Program-made: the position numbers and the translations under genes
Part shown: positions 59,483-64,000 of the stretch, piece after piece
Layout of the letters: each line of letters opens with the position of its first letter
Numbering within the stretch: position 1 is the stretch's first letter
NCBI GenBank assembly: GCA_963674865.2
Contig: CAXXYE010000009.1
Coordinates: forward strand, 1,760,001-1,824,000
Source: Candidatus Hydrogenedentota bacterium
GTDB taxonomy: Bacteria > Hydrogenedentota > Hydrogenedentia > Hydrogenedentales > SLHB01
DNA: 64,000 bases
Direction of reading: 5' to 3'
The notes under the pieces: generated by a model
Databases searched by the model: none
Told to the model about the DNA's origin: nothing
Seen by the model: only the letters and a program-made list of their open reading frames with translations

Positions 59483-60265
59483 ATGTCCTCGAAACGGGTG
59501 AAGATGAAAGAGACTGATGGCCGAGGGCGTCTTCGCCGACGGCTGCCAAAATGGGCTGTCTGGGTGGGGCTCGCCCTGGTTGGGTATGCCTTGTTGTCTT
59601 GCGTCGGTCTCTTCGTGGCTCACAAAACCGTGGGGCGTACAGCGCGTGCCGCGAGCTGCATGAACGACCTCCCCGCGCTGTTTCACGCCGTGGAGCTCTA
59701 TGCCTCCGACCACGACGGGTTGCTGCCACCTATCAGCCCGGCGCGAGGCAACCTGATGATTGACCCCGTCGGTTTCTATCCCGAATACCTGACGAACTCG
59801 TGCTGGGTGCAGTGCGAGTACAGTCCAGCTCGCCAGAGGCGCGGCAGCGACGGCGATGATGACCTCGGCATGGCCGCGTTCAATGACGACAGCTTCTGCT
59901 ATCTGCCGTGGGAAATCCGCAATGAGGAAGAGGGCCTTGCCTTCATCGAGGCCTACAAGAAGCTGGACTTGGCCAAACGTGGAGAGGACTTGGTTGTCGA
60001 GATTGACGGCGAGACGCGCGTCTTGCCGAGGGTCCGACTGTCGGCGGTGGTGATAGGAGGGGGCTGGGACACGGATGCAGCCGATATCCCTTTCGTCGTG
60101 GAATGGCCCGACCACGCGCACATCGACGGTACCGTCTGCTTCACGAACGGCTCGATAGGCAGGATGGACATTGGCGACGGATTTCCCATGACGGAGGCGT
60201 TTCTGACGGGCTTGCGCGAGATTGCCTCTATGGACAAGCCGGTTCCTGTGTGGAAAGTCTGGTAG
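59483..60265 (+). CDS. Membrane-anchored degenerate H-X9-DG-like protein, paralog of 41207..41935
   Basis: TM, SCMNDL, PPISPARGNLM, YPEYL, EEEGLAFIEAY, HAHIDGTVCFTNG, GFPMTEAF. Confidence 0.72.
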   Translation: MSSKRVKMKETDGRGRLRRRLPKWAVWVGLALVGYALLSCVGLFVAHKTVGRTARAASCMNDLPALFHAVELYASDHDGLLPPISPARGNLMIDPVGFYPEYLTNSCWVQCEYSPARQRRGSDGDDDLGMAAFNDDSFCYLPWEIRNEEEGLAFIEAYKKLDLAKRGEDLVVEIDGETRVLPRVRLSAVVIGGGWDTDAADIPFVVEWPDHAHIDGTVCFTNGSIGRMDIGDGFPMTEAFLTGLREIASMDKPVPVWKVW

Positions 60266-60289
60266 GCGGGACGGGGGCCACGCAACGCG

Positions 60290-61903
60290 CTATGGCTTGC
60301 GGTAGGCGCGCCAGCGGACGCCGAGTTTGCGCATGCGGGCGCGTAGGGTGTTGGGATTTATGTCGAGGAGCGCCGCGGCGCCGTTGGGGCCTTCAACGCG
60401 GCCGTTCGTGCGGGCGAGGGCGGCTTCGATATGGGCGCGCATGGCGTTGTCGAGGGATGGGAATGGGGATGCCGTCTCGGCCGGGGTGCTGTGATGGGCC
60501 TGGGGCCGGGGCGACGGGGCGGCGTCGAGGCTCATGACGCCGAGGGCTTTGGCGATTTCGAGACGCCGGCCGTTGCCGAGGAGGGCGGCGCGGTCCATCA
60601 CGGTGCCGAGTTCGCGGACGTTGCCGGGCCAGGCGTATTGGATGAGAAGGGCCACGTCCCGTTCGGAAGGCATGAGTGCGGGAAGTCCGAAGCGCGTGGC
60701 GGCGCGTTCGGCGAAGTGGCGCGCGAGGATGGGGATATCCTGGATTCGGTCGCGTAGGGGGGGCACGAGAATGGGGAAAACCGCGAGGCGGTACCAGAGG
60801 TCCTCGCGGAAGCGTCCTTCGGGCACCATGGCGGCGAGGTCGCGGTGGGTGGCGGCGACGATGCGGACGTCGACGTTGATGGGGTGATTGCCACCGATCC
60901 GCTCGAACCAACCGTCTTGCAGGATGCGCAGAAGGCGCACCTGGGCCGCAAGGGGGAGCTCGCCGATCTCGTCGAGGAAGAGGGTGCCGCCGTCGGCGCG
61001 CTCGAACCAGCCTTTGCGGGCTTCGACGGCGCCGGTGAAGGCGCCGCGTTCGTGTCCGAAGAGCTGGGAGTCGATGAGTTCCGGGGGGATGGCGCCGCAG
61101 TTGACACGGATGACGGGGCCGTTCGCGCGGCGGGAGCGCCGGTGGATGGCGCGGGCCAGCAGCTCCTTCCCGGTGCCGGTTTCGCCGAGAAGCAGGACGG
61201 GCACGTCGGACGGGGCCACCATCGCCACGCGCTCCATGACGGAGCGGAGGCCGGCATCATCGCCGATGATCACATCGCCGAGTTCCTTGCGGCCTAACCG
61301 GCTCAGGAGGGAGCGCCGGTCGGCCTCGGCGGCCTCACGCAGGGCGTCTATCTCGCGGAGGCGGTGGTCGTTATCGAGGGCGACGGCAATGGGTTCGAGG
61401 AGAACGTCGGTCATGGCCTCATGGCGTGGCTCGAAGGCGTGGCCCGCTTTCGCCACAAGAAACAGAAGGCCCGCGGGTTCGCCGTGGTTGTGCAGCGGCC
61501 CGACGAGCACGTCGCCTTCCGGAGTCGAGGGGAGAGTCGCCGACACTGCGGGCGACACAAGGGCGGCATCCGCTAGGTGAGCCACCTGCCTACGCCGGCA
61601 CCAGGCGACAAGTGCGTCCATCTGCTCGGGCGAGCACTCGATGCGTGGTTCCGGTTCGACTTGGGGGTCGCCGGCGGCGCCGACGGCGGCCGTTACAACG
61701 GCGGCGCGGGTGGATTCGATGCGCCGGATGACGAGGCGATCGAGGGGCATGTGACGGGCAAGCATCGCGGCGATGTTCGCGGCGGCGTCATCGAGTTCGA
61801 TGTGGCGACACGCCTCGCGCCATACATCGAGGAGTATTTCTCTGAACTTATCCATGAGGAATCCGTTATTATTGGCAGTCATTCTATCACATATAATTGA
61901 CAA
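60290..61903 (-). CDS. Sigma-54-dependent activator (GAF-AAA+-HTH, FhlA/HyfR-like)
   Basis: [49 protein letters not shown]. Start may be ATG 61855. Confidence 0.92.
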   Translation of the reverse strand: MSIICDRMTANNNGFLMDKFREILLDVWREACRHIELDDAAANIAAMLARHMPLDRLVIRRIESTRAAVVTAAVGAAGDPQVEPEPRIECSPEQMDALVAWCRRRQVAHLADAALVSPAVSATLPSTPEGDVLVGPLHNHGEPAGLLFLVAKAGHAFEPRHEAMTDVLLEPIAVALDNDHRLREIDALREAAEADRRSLLSRLGRKELGDVIIGDDAGLRSVMERVAMVAPSDVPVLLLGETGTGKELLARAIHRRSRRANGPVIRVNCGAIPPELIDSQLFGHERGAFTGAVEARKGWFERADGGTLFLDEIGELPLAAQVRLLRILQDGWFERIGGNHPINVDVRIVAATHRDLAAMVPEGRFREDLWYRLAVFPILVPPLRDRIQDIPILARHFAERAATRFGLPALMPSERDVALLIQYAWPGNVRELGTVMDRAALLGNGRRLEIAKALGVMSLDAAPSPRPQAHHSTPAETASPFPSLDNAMRAHIEAALARTNGRVEGPNGAAALLDINPNTLRARMRKLGVRWRAYRKP

Positions 61904-61993
61904 TTTCTACCTTATTTGATGTTTTCCTGGTTCTCTTGGGGTGTTTGGTTTGTAACTAATTGCTTTGCAATGTCTTGCGGCGCCTTTGGCTCC

Positions 61994-62009
61994 TGGCATG
62001 TGTGTTGCT
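61994..62009 (+). promoter_or_regulatory. Sigma-54 (-24/-12) promoter
   Basis: TGGCATGTGTGTTGCT (GG-N10-GC, near consensus), divergent from the sigma-54 activator gene. Confidence 0.85.
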
Positions 62010-62040
62010 ATTTAGGGTGTATCCGGAAGTTCGGGACATT

Positions 62041-62191
62041 GGAACCGTTGAAAAAGTCCGGAGTTGCTGCACGCAGGCCGCGAAGGGACCTGGGACAGTC
62101 CCGTCTTCGTCCGCCTGCGGCGGACTCCGCTTGGGACAGTCCCGGTCCTTCGCTCAACCTCTGGGGCGAATGCGACTTTTTCAACAGCTCC
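62041..62191. mobile_element. MITE-like element of about 150 bp with imperfect terminal inverted repeats
   Basis: Left GGAACCGTTGAAAAAGTC versus right reverse complement GGAGCTGTTGAAAAAGTC (16/18); internal palindromes; partial copy at 47567. Confidence 0.62.
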
Positions 62192-62276
62192 ACAGTCCCA
62201 AGTTTCCAGAGGTGTCATGCGCGGTTTTGAGCAAGGGTTTCCCGCCACGGTCTCGGGAGTCGAAAAGGAGTTGAGT

Positions 62277-63038
62277 ATGGATTTCCCCCTTATTCTGGTT
62301 GTCCCACTTGCCTTTGTGTGTGAATTCGTCGATTCGTCTTTGGGGATGGGCTACGGCACGGCGCTGACGCCCCTCTTGCTTCTTCTTGGCTTTGAGCCGC
62401 TTCAGGTGGTTCCGGCGGTGCTCTGTTCGGAATTCGTGACGGGGATCATGGCTGCGGTCACGCACCACCGCGCCGAGAACGTGGACCTCAGGCCCTCATC
62501 GAAGGACGCGAAGGTAGCATTGGTGCTTTCGCTTTTCTCGGTGGTGGGGGTGCTCATCTCGGTGGTGCTGGCGGTGTCCCTGCCGAAGCACATCCTGAAG
62601 ATCGCCATCGGCGTCATTGTGGTATCTATGGGCGTCTACTTGATCGCGGGACTGGGGCGACAGCATCGTTTTTCATGGCTACGGATTATGACGCTTGGCA
62701 CGGTGGCGGCTTTCAACAAGGGCATGAGCGGGGGCGGCTATGGCCCGCTGGTGACGGGCGGGCAGATGCTGTCCGGTGTGGGCGTGAAGAACGCCGTGGC
62801 GATCACTTCGCTCGCGGAAGGGCTGACGTGTCTCGTCGGTGTGATTACGTTCTTTGTGCTCAAGCGGGATATCGACTGGACGCTGGCGCCGTGGCTGATG
62901 GCGGGCGGGGTGATGTCGGTGCCGTTCGCGGTGCATACGCTGAAGCGGCTTCCGGAGCGTTATGCGCGAGTGGCCGTTGCCGTGGTCGTGCTGTTGTTGG
63001 GGGGACTGGCGCTGAGCAAAGGGCTTACGCACGCGTAG
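62277..63038 (+). CDS. TauE/SafE-family (TSUP) membrane transporter
   Basis: DSSLGMGYGTALTP and NKGMSGGGYGP duplicated halves; AAGGAG RBS before ATG 62277. Confidence 0.88.
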   Translation: MDFPLILVVPLAFVCEFVDSSLGMGYGTALTPLLLLLGFEPLQVVPAVLCSEFVTGIMAAVTHHRAENVDLRPSSKDAKVALVLSLFSVVGVLISVVLAVSLPKHILKIAIGVIVVSMGVYLIAGLGRQHRFSWLRIMTLGTVAAFNKGMSGGGYGPLVTGGQMLSGVGVKNAVAITSLAEGLTCLVGVITFFVLKRDIDWTLAPWLMAGGVMSVPFAVHTLKRLPERYARVAVAVVVLLLGGLALSKGLTHA

Positions 63039-63211
63039 TCTTCCAGAACAGGCCGGTGGTGTTGAGCGAACGGGGATACTGCTCGCGGCTTGCCCCTGAG
63101 GTGCGTTGCCGCGCGCGGGGAAGCTGCGCTTCTCCCCGCACGGCCGGCCTACATTTCTGCGCGGGCGCTCCCCGCGTTCTGTAGGCAGAAGCCGATCAAG
63201 GAGATTCACTG

Positions 63212-64000
63212 ATGCGCGTAGGGTATTTGGCTGGACTCTGTCTTGCCGTTCTTGCGGCGGCTTTCCCCGTGTGGGCGTTCGAGGAGTCGTCCGCCGCCGT
63301 GAGGGAACGGGAACTCATGGAGCGGGTACAAGCCCTCGAACAGCGGATAGCGGAACTCGAAGAGCGGCCTGTGGCTCCGCCGGCCGCTACGCCCGCGGAA
63401 GCGCCTTCCGTGGAACAGGAAAGGGAAGCCGATACGGATTTCCGCGCGTATTGGAAGGATGGGCTGCGGTTTGAGACGCGGGACAAACGGTTCGCGTTGG
63501 GTGTCGGCGGGCGGATTCATTGCGACTGGGCGTTCTTCGATCAGGATGACGAGCTGAAGTGGGCCGTGGGCGACGAGGATGACGGGACGGAGTTCCGGCG
63601 CGCATGGATTCAGTTCCGGGGGACGCTGTATGACAGTATCCAGTTCAAGGCCGAGTACGATTTCGCGGGGAATAACGGGGACGCGAAGTTCAAGGACGTG
63701 TACATTGGCGTCGAGGACTTACCGTGGGTGGGAAACGTCAAGGTCGGACATTTTCGAGAGCCTTTCGGCTTTGAGCAGTTGACGAGCGCCAATTACCTGA
63801 CGTTTATGGAACGGGCGCTGCCGGACGTGTTGACGCCCGGCCGGAACATGGGGCTTCTCTCTTACGACAGTCCCTTGAACAAGCGCCTGACATGGGCGAT
63901 TGGCGCGTTCAAGGGCGTGGACGACTTTCCGTCCGATGATGATTCCGACGAGGATCAAGGCTATGCGGTGACGGCGCGCGTCACGGGCTTGCCGTGGTAC
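63212..64000 (+). CDS. OprO/OprP-family anion-selective porin, 3' end runs off the window
   Basis: Hand translation: signal peptide MRVGYLAGLCLAVLAAAFPVWA, YWKDGLRF, GGRIHCD, EFRRA, FKAEYDFA, VGHFREPFGFEQLTS...FMERA; AAGGAG RBS. Confidence 0.88.
   Translation, partial: MRVGYLAGLCLAVLAAAFPVWAFEESSAAVRERELMERVQALEQRIAELEERPVAPPAATPAEAPSVEQEREADTDFRAYWKDGLRFETRDKRFALGVGGRIHCDWAFFDQDDELKWAVGDEDDGTEFRRAWIQFRGTLYDSIQFKAEYDFAGNNGDAKFKDVYIGVEDLPWVGNVKVGHFREPFGFEQLTSANYLTFMERALPDVLTPGRNMGLLSYDSPLNKRLTWAIGAFKGVDDFPSDDDSDEDQGYAVTARVTGLPWY

Overview
High-GC bacterial chromosomal window. Long (Gly-Glu)n linkers, prepilin/H-X9-DG proteins and C-terminal LP/hydrophobic/basic sorting tails suggest Candidatus Hydrogenedentes or a PVC-like lineage (inference). 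Ordinary content: three sigma-54 activators, a YbhGFSR-type and a MacAB-type ABC exporter, a sugar ABC importer, glycoside hydrolases, a sulfatase-fold lipoprotein, a PP2C phosphatase, a MurJ-like flippase, a PAS hybrid kinase, tRNA-Arg(CCG), and a TauE plus OprO/P porin pair behind a clear sigma-54 promoter. Four things stand out. (1) A consensus sigma-70 promoter and cobalamin riboswitch control a three-gene operon (sorted surface protein, BtuH-like corrinoid-binding surface protein, prepilin-type H-X9-DG protein) with no btuB/btuFCD, a candidate non-canonical B12 capture system. (2) Two unannotated 49-aa five-cysteine peptide genes, missing from the ORF track, are direct repeats bracketing a ~9.3 kb island (Ser/Thr kinase-WD40, FHA sigma-54 activator, SBBP/Ig surface protein). 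(3) A dcm-DUF4928-vsr cassette lies between 36-bp direct repeats. (4) Several REP-like palindromic arrays, a MITE-like element and a cluster of deleted gene fragments at 49-57 kb. All family assignments are from motif recognition by eye; no database searches were run.
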